From Anaerolineales bacterium (GTDB lineage Bacteria; Chloroflexota; Anaerolineae; Anaerolineales; UBA6668): a stretch of 60,713 nucleotides of DNA. The notes under the pieces were generated by a model that was not told the DNA's origin, did no database searches, and worked only from the letters and a program-made list of their open reading frames with translations. Of this stretch, positions 10,477 to 20,390 are shown piece after piece (within the stretch, counting starts at the first letter, position 1; each line of letters opens with the position of its first letter). The stretch covers positions 1-60,713 of the forward strand of contig JAHDIM010000003.1 of assembly GCA_020630805.1 (NCBI GenBank), given 5' to 3'. The translations under genes and the position numbers were made by a program.

Positions 10477-11379
10477 TTAATAATACCTACCTAAGAATGG
10501 TAATTTTTCTTTTAATTTACGCGCTAATTTCTGGGGATTATGAAACGCTAACACCAACGCATATTGCACTTTTTGGAAGAAGCTGTAATCGTCTACAAAT
10601 TGCCGTAAAGACTTAGGTAGCGGCTGTAAACGGGCTGGATTGAATTCCATATCATGCCACGGTAGCCGCTTGTTGCCAGTAAAGAACAGCTCGCCATCAT
10701 ACCCAACATACACATAGGTAATAAACGATAAATCTTGGCGCAGCAGTCTTGGCTCGTTCGATTCAATCCCAAAGTAGTCGAAGTATTCGCGTTTTACAAA
10801 AAACGCGTTGAGTTGCATGGCGCAGACGAGTTCATACCCCTTGCTTTTGCCGAGTTTCACCAAAGATAGCAAGCTCGTGCCCTGATGCACATTAGGGTCA
10901 GCGGCCTGAACAAACTCGCACTCATTGGGGATCGTGGGATTGTATTCAATCACCAGGGCCTTAGGCTGATATTCACGCATCGCGGCCCAAACATGATAGT
11001 CATTTCCATCAATGTCGATTGATAAGAAATCAAAATCTTTGGGGATTTCCGTTTTAGCAAGGAACGTGTCTAAATTGTCTTTTTGATCAAACCCGACAAA
11101 TCCATGCATCGGATGTACATCAGCATTGGCGTTGTAATTACGTTCAAGATCTTTGAATTTCTCAATATCGGCTTCAATCAATACCGCAGAATATTGCTGG
11201 TTTTCAATTAAATTGCGCGTGTTTGTAAGGTGCAGGCCATCCCATGCACCAAACTCAACGCACCATTTATCAGATGTTGGCAACGTTTCAAGAATCTTTT
11301 CAATCACTCCGTCTTCACCAGACTGTGAATAAACAGATTTTTGATGATCTAAAAGCCAAGTTGGGGAATTATTACTCAT
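10477..11379 (-). CDS. FkbM-like methyltransferase-fold protein
   Basis: YSQSGEDGVI, CVEFGAWDG...SNT-like 'TNT', FLSIDIDGNDYHVW, IEYN, NAFFV. Confidence 0.7.
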   Translation of the reverse strand: MSNNSPTWLLDHQKSVYSQSGEDGVIEKILETLPTSDKWCVEFGAWDGLHLTNTRNLIENQQYSAVLIEADIEKFKDLERNYNANADVHPMHGFVGFDQKDNLDTFLAKTEIPKDFDFLSIDIDGNDYHVWAAMREYQPKALVIEYNPTIPNECEFVQAADPNVHQGTSLLSLVKLGKSKGYELVCAMQLNAFFVKREYFDYFGIESNEPRLLRQDLSFITYVYVGYDGELFFTGNKRLPWHDMEFNPARLQPLPKSLRQFVDDYSFFQKVQYALVLAFHNPQKLARKLKEKLPFLGRYY

Positions 11380-11402
11380 TCAGTTATTTACCACGCAAAA
11401 CT

Positions 11403-12698
11403 TCAACTTGTCACGGCCTTGATAAGTGAGATAGTTCGGTTTTCAAACGATGCGCCAAACGTGCGTAGCAAGGTTTTGCTATACACTTCGCCCCATAGGC
11501 GGATTGGCGTTGTTTTTACAATGCGCAACTCTTGCGAAAGCTTTTTGGACATTAATCCGTATAAATATTCGCTCGCTTTATAAACGCTACCTAATGTAAT
11601 CAAGTATTGCTGGTTATAAGCGCTCTTTACTAACGTTTCGGTTGTTTCTTGTGTGTCAACCGTATTACTTCTGATCGTATCATTTACAGTGGCAGCATAC
11701 GTTGGAAATTGCGTTGCCCACGTACGCCACGCGGCCAACGCTGTTTGTAGATCAGCCTCTACCGTAACCACTTGGAACAATTCGCTAATTGCACGTGTGA
11801 TGAACGGCGTATAGTCTAGCTTAAAATCTAGCTGTGATGCAGTTGCCCGGGCGCTCTGATGCAAATAGGCATCAATCACAGCAATATATACGCCATACTG
11901 CGCTTTTACTTGCGGCAAGTCAGCATGCGTGACGTAGCCGGATTGCGCGTTAAGGTCGATAAACGATTTCTGCACCCGAGTGCCTTCTTTGATAGCGCTG
12001 TTAGCACCGTTACTCTTTGGCGAAATTCCCCAAATCCCTAACGTGCTGTTGACGCGCACATACGTGTCAATATGGTTAAGAATAGCAAACCCGCCACAAA
12101 TATCTGGCGATTGGCATAAGAACACACGCTGCCCATCAGCGCGGATGGCATCTAGCACAGCCCGATGCACAAACGAGTTGTAGAGCATGGGCAAGATCGT
12201 AAAATACTTATAGAAATGGGTAACGCTGCGCGCAACAAACCGTGAACGCAAGACTGAATAGTCAATTTTGTCGTCTAGCGGATTGTATTTCAGGCTCTCT
12301 TGGATAGTGTTGTTTTCAAACCCAGGCCACATATAGAATGCCTTTTCCATTGAAACAACTTGCGTGCCGGTCTCTTCAATAAGCGCATCTACAACCTGCA
12401 AGCAGTGCGGTAACAATGCATCATCATCACCCAACACGTTGATGTAGGTACCCGTTGCATAACCAATTGCAGTTTCCCAACTGCCAGACATCGCCAAATC
12501 CACATCCGACCGAAAGTATTTCAAGCGTGAATCTTCAAAAGACGCAACCAACCCAGCAACATCGGTCGTGCTGTTGTTGTCAAACACAACAACCTCATAG
12601 TCTGTAATGCCCCTTAACGCCAAACAGCAAGCAATAGATGCCTCTAGCGTGTCTAGCCGATTGCGGGTCGGGATAACGATACTGTACTTAGGATTCAC
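11403..12698 (-). CDS. GT2 glycosyltransferase with C-terminal extension
   Basis: YSIVIPTRNR, VFDNNS, VLGDDDALLP. GTG start. Confidence 0.85.
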   Translation of the reverse strand: MNPKYSIVIPTRNRLDTLEASIACCLALRGITDYEVVVFDNNSTTDVAGLVASFEDSRLKYFRSDVDLAMSGSWETAIGYATGTYINVLGDDDALLPHCLQVVDALIEETGTQVVSMEKAFYMWPGFENNTIQESLKYNPLDDKIDYSVLRSRFVARSVTHFYKYFTILPMLYNSFVHRAVLDAIRADGQRVFLCQSPDICGGFAILNHIDTYVRVNSTLGIWGISPKSNGANSAIKEGTRVQKSFIDLNAQSGYVTHADLPQVKAQYGVYIAVIDAYLHQSARATASQLDFKLDYTPFITRAISELFQVVTVEADLQTALAAWRTWATQFPTYAATVNDTIRSNTVDTQETTETLVKSAYNQQYLITLGSVYKASEYLYGLMSKKLSQELRIVKTTPIRLWGEVYSKTLLRTFGASFENRTISLIKAVTS

Positions 12699-12711
12699 AG
12701 AACCTTGTCAA

Positions 12712-13812
12712 TTAGTTTGTGCCACAAAATTCGCCGTCAATTGTGGCAAACGTTGTCTGATACGGAAAACTACTCATAATTTCCGTTAGGTAATTTTTGT
12801 TTGAGACCAGCACCAAGTCTGGTTTATAGTCAATTGCTGCTGCCGCTGAGATAATTTCTTGCCCAGTGCCAGGAATAAACTTGCCTTGCTTAGACTGATC
12901 AATATCCACACCGTAGCGAATTTTGTTGGCATCCCAGCCTAAATGGGTCAGCGCAGTAATCGCGCGGCCAGAAATCCCCCAAATCACCGGGCGCTCATAA
13001 GATGCAGCCAATGTATTCAGAAAATCAATTTTCCTAGTGACATTAGAATTTGGAGCCTTAAGCTGCGCGAACACACCCAAATAATTACGGTCAAATAATT
13101 CCACCGCTTGGCGCACTTTTAGGCCATACTGCCGCAACAAGATAGAAACAGCCTGCAATGAAAAATAACGGGAACATTCATGCGACAGGCACGTAAAGTT
13201 ACCTGAACTGGTGATGTAATCCAAATTGAGCGTTTCAATATAAAGCCAGCCTGTCTCGTTAAGCGACTCGGCAATTGACTGCATCACTTGCTCAAATTCC
13301 ACAACCGACTCTAAAGCATGGCGCAGCACGATCAAATCGTATGTATCGCCCGGAATCGCCGCAAAATAGTCTTTGACGATTGCATTGTCTAGGCCATACT
13401 GATCTGCATATGCTGGATCGTAGCCAACAACAGCATCAAGACCAGCCCTTGCTTGCAGCGTTTTTAGAAAATAACCGTTGCCACAGGCAATTTCCAACAC
13501 GCGGCTTTGCGGGTGCAGTTGGCAAGTTTGTGTTAGCAAATCTGTTACCGCAGCAACATGGCGCTGGTACGTTCCAGATGCAGTCTGGTTGTTGTTATAG
13601 TCCGGATTGTATTCCAGATCATGCAGCGCAAATTCTGGGTTGTACAAAAACTCACACTCATTACAGATCCGAAACGCAACATCAACACTTGGGCTTGCCA
13701 GCGCTTGCGCATTGGTGGCATACAAGACATTTTGCAACTGTGGCAAACGATTGATTTGCACATATAGCTCAGTCTCGTGTTGGCAAAGCGGGCAAAGATG
13801 ACGAGCTGTCAT
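12712..13812 (-). CDS. NDP-sugar C-methyltransferase-like protein (Zn-binding N-terminus, class I SAM domain, C-terminal domain)
   Basis: CPLC...CNEC, LEIACGNG, RHALES, IWG....DIDQSKQGKFIPGTG. Start at ATG 13812 (ATGA overlap). Confidence 0.78.
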   Translation of the reverse strand: MTARHLCPLCQHETELYVQINRLPQLQNVLYATNAQALASPSVDVAFRICNECEFLYNPEFALHDLEYNPDYNNNQTASGTYQRHVAAVTDLLTQTCQLHPQSRVLEIACGNGYFLKTLQARAGLDAVVGYDPAYADQYGLDNAIVKDYFAAIPGDTYDLIVLRHALESVVEFEQVMQSIAESLNETGWLYIETLNLDYITSSGNFTCLSHECSRYFSLQAVSILLRQYGLKVRQAVELFDRNYLGVFAQLKAPNSNVTRKIDFLNTLAASYERPVIWGISGRAITALTHLGWDANKIRYGVDIDQSKQGKFIPGTGQEIISAAAAIDYKPDLVLVSNKNYLTEIMSSFPYQTTFATIDGEFCGTN

Positions 13813-14933
13813 ACGGCCTCCGCAAGTGCTTTCCACTCATCAAAATGATAGGCAATCCCTTCGCTAAGGTCTTGGGTTCGTAACATTTTCAATTGCTTAG
13901 GCAGCGTTCCGGCTAAGGCCTCAAACTCAGTGCCTGTCAGCCAGCCGCTAGTGTATACGTCTTCATACGCAGCAAGCAGCACCGGAGCCGCTTCCAAAAA
14001 GCCTGCTTCTACAAGCTTCTCTGTAATCTCTGCCGTAGATAAGTTAGCCGCAGCCCCTTGAGTGCTTAGCTGGCAACAGATCAAGAGCTCGCCATCTTTG
14101 CGTAATGAAGAATACGGCGTTACATCTGCAATGCGCGACAAAGCAAACCCTGTTTTATGGGTGTCAAACACTACAACATAGCCAAACTTTTTTTTCTTGG
14201 TTGCTTTCAAATGCAGGGTTACATGCACCCAGTCCAAGGTATCTTTACTAACCCGTAACGGCTGCGCATTGACAGTTACTGCTAAATCAGTATATTGCCC
14301 AATGACAACAAATTCTTTTGGCGCAACCACCCCATCCGCAAAACGGCACTGCACCTGATCTGATTCAGACACTGTGATCGATTTAATCGCCGTATCTAGA
14401 AACACATCCACGTTGCTAGCGCTCAGTTTGGCCCGTAGGCTGTTCATAAGGTCGCTGCAGCCGTTTTTTGGATACAAGACCTTTGCCTTACGAGAGACTT
14501 GAAACCGATTCGATAAAAACGCGGTAGGCGCGGATTCTGACCGTCGTAACAGCACGCGTTTAATCTTGCCTGCCAACCGAAAGGCCCAATTCGTAAATTG
14601 ATAGGACACAAATTGGTAACTAAGCGGCCGCCGCAACGTTGGTGCAGACGAGAAAAACAAATAGTGCGTTGGCAAGAAAGACAGTTCCAACCCCAGCCAA
14701 TCAGTTAGAAACTGGTACGACTCTTCAGAGTGATGAATGATGTGACAGCCAACTTCGACATTAGCAATGTCATCAAACGTCTTGGTACGCCACGGGCCAC
14801 CAAGTTCGCTCGCTTTTTCTACTAGCGCAACCCGATGCCCTTGTAATTCTTGATATAGCGCTTCAATAATCATCATTGGGCTAGACCCAACAACAACCAC
14901 GTCATAAGCAGTATTCAATAGCGCAACGCTCAT
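13809..14933 (-). CDS. FAD/NAD(P)-binding oxidoreductase-like protein, divergent
   Basis: YDVVVVGSS, VALVEK..ELGGPW, EVGCHII. The dinucleotide-binding motif is degenerate. Confidence 0.55.
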   Translation of the reverse strand: MSVALLNTAYDVVVVGSSPMMIIEALYQELQGHRVALVEKASELGGPWRTKTFDDIANVEVGCHIIHHSEESYQFLTDWLGLELSFLPTHYLFFSSAPTLRRPLSYQFVSYQFTNWAFRLAGKIKRVLLRRSESAPTAFLSNRFQVSRKAKVLYPKNGCSDLMNSLRAKLSASNVDVFLDTAIKSITVSESDQVQCRFADGVVAPKEFVVIGQYTDLAVTVNAQPLRVSKDTLDWVHVTLHLKATKKKKFGYVVVFDTHKTGFALSRIADVTPYSSLRKDGELLICCQLSTQGAAANLSTAEITEKLVEAGFLEAAPVLLAAYEDVYTSGWLTGTEFEALAGTLPKQLKMLRTQDLSEGIAYHFDEWKALAEAV

Positions 14934-14967
14934 AGTTCAATAGTCAACAACACTAGAAAGTGCGTTG

Positions 14968-15711
14968 TTAGGTTTTTACACACCTCAAAAAGCCTTGCGG
15001 GGCGCTAGTCATCATGAGTTTATGATCGATTGAGGTATCAATTACAAAGCGATCTGTTTCCTGTAAAAATGCTTGCACTGCCGTGTGTGGGTTATTCCCT
15101 TTGCCCCACGGGCGATCCGGATACCCATTGCCTGGCAAGGTCTCAACAGACGTATCAAACACAACAAGATAGCTACCTTCGGTAACATATTTTGAATATA
15201 GGCGCAGTTCTTCTAGCACGTGATCATGCGTATGATTCGAATCTAACGACACAATGCAAACAGGGTCTGGGCGTTGCGCCACTAGCGCATCCACAGTTGC
15301 AATCGTGGTCGCATCAACAGAAGAGCCTTCCACAAGATCAATCCACTTGAAACACAAGTGCGATTCAAGCTCAGCGCGATTATGCTGCCGGATATCAATG
15401 TCAATGCCGATCACTTTTGCCGGCTTATCTAACAATGCTAGTAAAGACGCATACAAAATCAGTGAGCCGCCATGTGCAACGCCGGTTTCAATTACAAAGT
15501 CGGGTTGAATTTGCCAAATTAACTCTTGCATTGCCACCATATCGGTTGGGTACTGAATAATAGGGCGGCCAAGCCAGGAGAAGTTGTATTCATATCTTTG
15601 AACATCAGCTTCTTCCATCCATTGCTGGGTTAGGTCTTTTAGAACGTTGTTTGCGCCGTTCTGGGCGATACGTGCGGCGCGCTCTTGTTCAAATTTTTCA
15701 ATTTCATTCAT
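14968..15711 (-). CDS. CmcI (cephalosporin hydroxylase-like) family sugar O-methyltransferase
   Basis: YNFSWLGRPIIQYPTD, IETGVAHGGS, DSNHTHDHVLEEL, VFDT, RPWGKGNNP. Confidence 0.88.
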   Translation of the reverse strand: MNEIEKFEQERAARIAQNGANNVLKDLTQQWMEEADVQRYEYNFSWLGRPIIQYPTDMVAMQELIWQIQPDFVIETGVAHGGSLILYASLLALLDKPAKVIGIDIDIRQHNRAELESHLCFKWIDLVEGSSVDATTIATVDALVAQRPDPVCIVSLDSNHTHDHVLEELRLYSKYVTEGSYLVVFDTSVETLPGNGYPDRPWGKGNNPHTAVQAFLQETDRFVIDTSIDHKLMMTSAPQGFLRCVKT

Positions 15712-16789
15712 AGTAGTCACCGTCTAAAGTTACGAATTTAACGGTGTAAGGGAATTGTTCTTGAATTTCCCGTAAATAATTTTTGTTGGCAACAATTACC
15801 AACTCTGGTTCAAAGGCAACGGCTGCCGCTGGCGAAATAATTTCTTGACCCGTCACTGGAATGTATAGCCCTTGCTTTTGTTGATCTAAATCCACCCCAT
15901 ACTGAATGGTATCTGCGCGCCAATTCATATGCGCGAGGGCTGTAATTGCGCGTCCGGCAATCCCCCAAATTACAATTTTTTGATGTGCTGCAACGCACGC
16001 CTGTACTTTGGCAATATTTTGAAACAACGGCGGTGCACTTACAACCTTTTGCGCAAGTACCCCAAAATAATTGTTGTTAAATAATGCAATATGCGTTTGC
16101 ACACGCAGCCCGTACTTACCAAGTAACACCCGTAACGCTTGAAGCGAAAAATAACGTGGGTACTCATAAGACAGCAGCGTAAAATCCCCTGCATCGAGGA
16201 TGTACGCTAGATTAGCCACCTCAATATATATCCAAGACTCAGCGGTCATAGATGCCGTTGCGGCCTGCAACACCACATCTAAGTCTAGCAGCGCCTCTAA
16301 CGCATGCCGGATGACGATCACATCAAACGTTGTGTCCGGTTGGCTTTGGAAGTACTCCTTCACCACAAACGCAGCAACATCGTTCTGGTCGGCGTAGGCT
16401 GGGTCGTAGCCAGCAATATGCGTCGATTGGGTTTGCTTGGCTAATTCCTTGAGGAAAAAGCCATTCCCGCACGCAATCTCTAATATTTTTGACGTTTCCG
16501 TCAACCCGCAACGCGCTATTAAGAACGCAACCACCTCACCGACTAAGTCAATGTAAGTTTGTGACGCGGTCTGATTATTGTTATATGCGTCTGTATAAGT
16601 GATTGTGGTGTGATCAAATGTTGGATTGAACACAAACTCACAACCAATACAAAATTCAAACTGCACATCTTGATGCGCAACTGCTAACGCGGCCGTGGGC
16701 GTTGGGTAGAGCACATTCTGCAAGCTCGGCAGCTGATGGATATGTGCAAACGGAACGCTAGCCTGCTGGCATAAAGGGCAAATTGCCAT
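15704..16789 (-). CDS. NDP-sugar C-methyltransferase-like protein, paralog of 12712..13812
   Basis: CPLC...CIGC, YNNNQTAS, LEIACGNG, RHALEA, IWGIAGRA, DLDQQKQG. Confidence 0.78.
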   Translation of the reverse strand: MAICPLCQQASVPFAHIHQLPSLQNVLYPTPTAALAVAHQDVQFEFCIGCEFVFNPTFDHTTITYTDAYNNNQTASQTYIDLVGEVVAFLIARCGLTETSKILEIACGNGFFLKELAKQTQSTHIAGYDPAYADQNDVAAFVVKEYFQSQPDTTFDVIVIRHALEALLDLDVVLQAATASMTAESWIYIEVANLAYILDAGDFTLLSYEYPRYFSLQALRVLLGKYGLRVQTHIALFNNNYFGVLAQKVVSAPPLFQNIAKVQACVAAHQKIVIWGIAGRAITALAHMNWRADTIQYGVDLDQQKQGLYIPVTGQEIISPAAAVAFEPELVIVANKNYLREIQEQFPYTVKFVTLDGDYYE

Positions 16790-16812
16790 TTAGTGCGTCC
16801 TAATTACGTGCA

Positions 16813-17964
16813 TTAAGTTTGCGTTTCGGCATGAAACGCCGCAATTTGATCAACCACATACTGTACTTCCGCATCGGTAAGATCGGCATGCAATGGTAAT
16901 GTCAAAATTTCTGGCCAGACAGCTTCAGTTTGCGGCGTCTCATTGGCAAATCTCGCAAAGAGCGGGTGCATGTGCAACGGCATGTAATGAACACCGGTGG
17001 CAACGCCTTTGCTCTTCAAATATGCAACCATTGCGTCCCGGTCTGCAGTCCGGATGCCAAAGATCCAGTATGCGCTCTCGCCGCTCAGGTCATATGGAAA
17101 GATAGGCTCGACCGTAACTGCTAGCTTGCCGAGCAAGTCTAAGTACTGCCCGATCAGTTCTAAACGGCGGGCATTCATCTTTGGCAGCTTTTCTAGCTGT
17201 GCTAAGCCAATAGCCGCCATCAAGTCATTCATGTTGTACTTGTAGCCCAAGACCGCAATTTCGTAATACCAATGGCGGTCTAATACGCCAGCGTTATTGA
17301 CATAGTCCGCTTCGCGCTTCCATGTATCTTTATCGATACCAATCCAACGCATAGCGCGCAGCACCTCGTGATATTCAGGCATATTGAAGACCAGCATACC
17401 GCCATCACCGGTGGTCATGCATTTCTTTTCTTCAAAGCTGAAGCATCCAAAATGCCCCCAAGTGCCTAGTTTCTTACCTTGATAAGTGCCGCCAGCACAA
17501 TGCGCACAATCTTCAATGACCTTGAGATTATTTGCATTTGCAAACGCCATAATTTCATCCATTTTGGCTGCATGTCCGCCAAAGTGAACAACCACTAATG
17601 CACCGCAGTCGGGCGTATATTTACGCTTCAAATCCTCAACTGAAATTGAGAGCGTTTGCGGGTCAACATCAACAAAGACAATGTCTAGATCTTCATATAA
17701 GGCGGCAGTTGCGCTTGCAGCAAACGTCATAGATGGCACAAGCACCTTAGTGCCTTTCGGAAAATCCAACACCTTAACAGCCAAGTGCAAAGCCGCAGTG
17801 CCAGAGTTTACGCCAACCGCAAACCCACTGCCGATATAGTCTTTCCAAGCCGCTTCAAACTGTGTGACAAGTGGCCCTAATCCCATCCAAGCGCGTTCAA
17901 AAACGCCTTTGATGTTATCGAGTTCTTCTTGCCCAACGCTCGGTTTAAATAGTCTTACATTCAT
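16813..17964 (-). CDS. DegT/DnrJ/EryC1/StrS aminotransferase
   Basis: NSGTAALHLA, IEDCAH, FSFEEKKCMTTGDGG, GYKYNMND, GVHY.PLH. Confidence 0.92.
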   Translation of the reverse strand: MNVRLFKPSVGQEELDNIKGVFERAWMGLGPLVTQFEAAWKDYIGSGFAVGVNSGTAALHLAVKVLDFPKGTKVLVPSMTFAASATAALYEDLDIVFVDVDPQTLSISVEDLKRKYTPDCGALVVVHFGGHAAKMDEIMAFANANNLKVIEDCAHCAGGTYQGKKLGTWGHFGCFSFEEKKCMTTGDGGMLVFNMPEYHEVLRAMRWIGIDKDTWKREADYVNNAGVLDRHWYYEIAVLGYKYNMNDLMAAIGLAQLEKLPKMNARRLELIGQYLDLLGKLAVTVEPIFPYDLSGESAYWIFGIRTADRDAMVAYLKSKGVATGVHYMPLHMHPLFARFANETPQTEAVWPEILTLPLHADLTDAEVQYVVDQIAAFHAETQT

Positions 17965-17970
17965 CGCAGT

Positions 17971-18504
17971 CTATCCCTCCAGCAGCGGCCAAGCTGCATC
18001 TTTATCTGAAATTGTGAGCCCATCTGTCACGGGCCACTCAATCCCAACTTGTGGGTCATTCCAGCGCACGCCACGTTCAGCCGTTGGCGTGTAATATTCA
18101 GAAACCTGATAAAAGATCTCGCTATTAGGCGCAAGCGTTAAGTAGCCATGTGCAAAGCCATGTGGCACATACACCATCTGTCGGTTTTCGCTCGTTAGTT
18201 CAAACCCTTGCCAACCTAAATAAGTTGCCGACTCCGGACGCATATCAACGATGACATCATAAATAGCCCCGGCTGTACAGCGCACTAGCTTTGCTTCCGC
18301 ATGCGGCGCGAGTTGCATGTGCATCCCACGTAAGATGTTTGCCTCTGAATTCCACGCAACATTACACTGCACAAAATTCGAAATTAGCCTGGCGTCTGCA
18401 AATTCGTTATGACAAAACGCCCGCGCAAAAAAACCGCGCGCATCGCCAATACGATTTAGGCTAATCAGGTAAGCACCCGCTAGTTTCGTTTCTTCAAAAA
18501 TCAT
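17971..18504 (-). CDS. rfbC: dTDP-4-dehydrorhamnose 3,5-epimerase family (cupin)
   Basis: DARGFFAR, LRGMHMQ, EAKLVRC, YDVIVDMRP, VPHGFAHGY, RWNDP...W. Confidence 0.92.
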   Translation of the reverse strand: MIFEETKLAGAYLISLNRIGDARGFFARAFCHNEFADARLISNFVQCNVAWNSEANILRGMHMQLAPHAEAKLVRCTAGAIYDVIVDMRPESATYLGWQGFELTSENRQMVYVPHGFAHGYLTLAPNSEIFYQVSEYYTPTAERGVRWNDPQVGIEWPVTDGLTISDKDAAWPLLEG

Positions 18505-18507
18505 GAT

Positions 18508-19587
18508 TTAGACCGCTTTTGCGGCATCCATATACATGTTAATTTGCTGCGTTGTAAGCGCGGCTAGGTCTTGCGATTGGGCGGCAGCCTTATACCAATC
18601 GGTAACCATTTCAAGCGTTTGCGGCAGGCTAAAAAGCGGCTGCCAGCCTAGCTTAGATTTTGCCTTGGCACTATCCAAACTCAATAAGTTTGCTTCATGT
18701 GGATGGAACGCAGCGTCTTGTTGCCACGGCAAGGCATTATCAAAATGCTGTAACGTTTGTTCCGCAATCCAAGAAACGGGCTTGATTGAGTCATACTCTG
18801 GTCCAAAATTCCACGCCCCAGTTAGCGCGGAGCCTTGTGTTGCCAACGCCTCGGCCAGCATTAAGTACCCACCAAGCGGCTCTAGAACGTGTTGCCACGG
18901 CCTTGTTGCTGCCGGATTACGGAGCACTAACGGCTGATTCTGCGCCACTGAAGCGATAATATCTGGCACGATGCGATGTAAAGACCAATCGCCACCGCCG
19001 ATTACATTGCCTGCCCGCGCCGTTGCGAGATGTTTCACAAACGCCTTTTCTTGTGAAAAGAAAGACCGCTGATAGGCGCTTACCACCAGTTCAGCGCACG
19101 CCTTGCTTGCGCTATAAGGGTCATGCCCACCGAGTGGATCATTTTCCCGATAGCTCCAAGCCCATTCTTGATTTTCGTAGCACTTATCACTTGTAATGAC
19201 AACAACCACAACCGGCCCTTGTAATTGGCGGCAGGCCTCTAATACATTCGTTGTGCCAAGCACATTGGTCTGGAATGTTTCTAGCGGTTCAGCATATCCG
19301 GTCTTAACAATCGGTTGGGCTGCTAAATGGAATACTACGCTTGGCCGTTGCTGTTGGATATAGTCTGCCACGCACTGCATGTCACGAATATCACCAATGT
19401 GCGAGTCCATACGTGCCGCTAGATTAGTGGCCGTATAAAAATTAGGCGTAGTATGCGGCGTCAATGCCAACCCACTGACCTTGGCACCAAGTAACGTGAG
19501 CCAATGGCTCAACCAACCGCCTTTGAAACCAGTATGCCCGGTGACTACGACATTCTGGTCTTGCCAGAATTGTTGATTTATTTCCAT
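18508..19587 (-). CDS. rfbG: CDP-glucose 4,6-dehydratase
   Basis: [53 protein letters not shown]. Confidence 0.95.
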   Translation of the reverse strand: MEINQQFWQDQNVVVTGHTGFKGGWLSHWLTLLGAKVSGLALTPHTTPNFYTATNLAARMDSHIGDIRDMQCVADYIQQQRPSVVFHLAAQPIVKTGYAEPLETFQTNVLGTTNVLEACRQLQGPVVVVVITSDKCYENQEWAWSYRENDPLGGHDPYSASKACAELVVSAYQRSFFSQEKAFVKHLATARAGNVIGGGDWSLHRIVPDIIASVAQNQPLVLRNPAATRPWQHVLEPLGGYLMLAEALATQGSALTGAWNFGPEYDSIKPVSWIAEQTLQHFDNALPWQQDAAFHPHEANLLSLDSAKAKSKLGWQPLFSLPQTLEMVTDWYKAAAQSQDLAALTTQQINMYMDAAKAV

Positions 19588-20348
19588 ATTGCCCACGGTG
19601 CACGATCTGAAGTCCAGAGTTGTTCCAAATAATTTTTATCGCGCAATGTATCCATTGCATGCCAAAACCCCGGATGTTTATATGATGCCAGCTGATTTTG
19701 CCCCGCAAGCGCTGTCAACGCTGTGGTTTCCCAAGCATCGGCGTCGCTTGTAATTAGGTCAATTGCGGCAGGTTCCACCACAAAATAGCCACCATTGATC
19801 CAACTATCATCCCCGCGCGGTTTTTCTTGAAATTTCAGTACTTTGTTGTTTTCAATTTTCATTGCGCCGTAGCGGCCGGGAGGTTGCACCGCCGTCACGG
19901 TAACCAAGCTAGCTTGCTGCCGATGATGGGCGATCAGATCGATAATATTTACGTCACTGACGCCATCGCCATACGTAAATAGAAACGTTTCATCTTGTAC
20001 ATACTCTCGGATGCGGCGCAGGCGCCCGCCCGTCATTGTGTGTAACCCTGTATCGACCAGCGTTACGCTCCACGGTTCGGCGTGTTTTTGGTGCACCGTC
20101 ATTTTATTAGAACGCATATCAAACGTAACGTCTGACATGTGCAAAAAATAGTTAGCGAAGTATTCTTTGATTACATAGCCTTTATAACCACAGCAAATCA
20201 CAAAGTCATTTATCCCGTGTGCGGAATAAATCTTCATAATGTGCCATAGAATTGGCTTACCCCCAATTTCGACCATTGGTTTGGGTCTTAGATGGGTTTC
20301 TTCACTGAGCCGTGTGCCTAGGCCACCGGCAAGAATCACTGCTTTCAT
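19578..20348 (-). CDS. rfbF: Glucose-1-phosphate cytidylyltransferase
   Basis: [59 protein letters not shown]. Confidence 0.96.
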   Translation of the reverse strand: MKAVILAGGLGTRLSEETHLRPKPMVEIGGKPILWHIMKIYSAHGINDFVICCGYKGYVIKEYFANYFLHMSDVTFDMRSNKMTVHQKHAEPWSVTLVDTGLHTMTGGRLRRIREYVQDETFLFTYGDGVSDVNIIDLIAHHRQQASLVTVTAVQPPGRYGAMKIENNKVLKFQEKPRGDDSWINGGYFVVEPAAIDLITSDADAWETTALTALAGQNQLASYKHPGFWHAMDTLRDKNYLEQLWTSDRAPWAIWK

Positions 20349-20390
20349 AGATGGGCGCTAACCTTAAAATCCCGCTTCATAAGTCTTCAA

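Noticed and set aside
14188-14195. T8 homopolymer as a phase-variation tract
   Set aside because: It is short, encodes a Lys run in an intact frame, and no long G/C tracts or frameshifted genes were seen.
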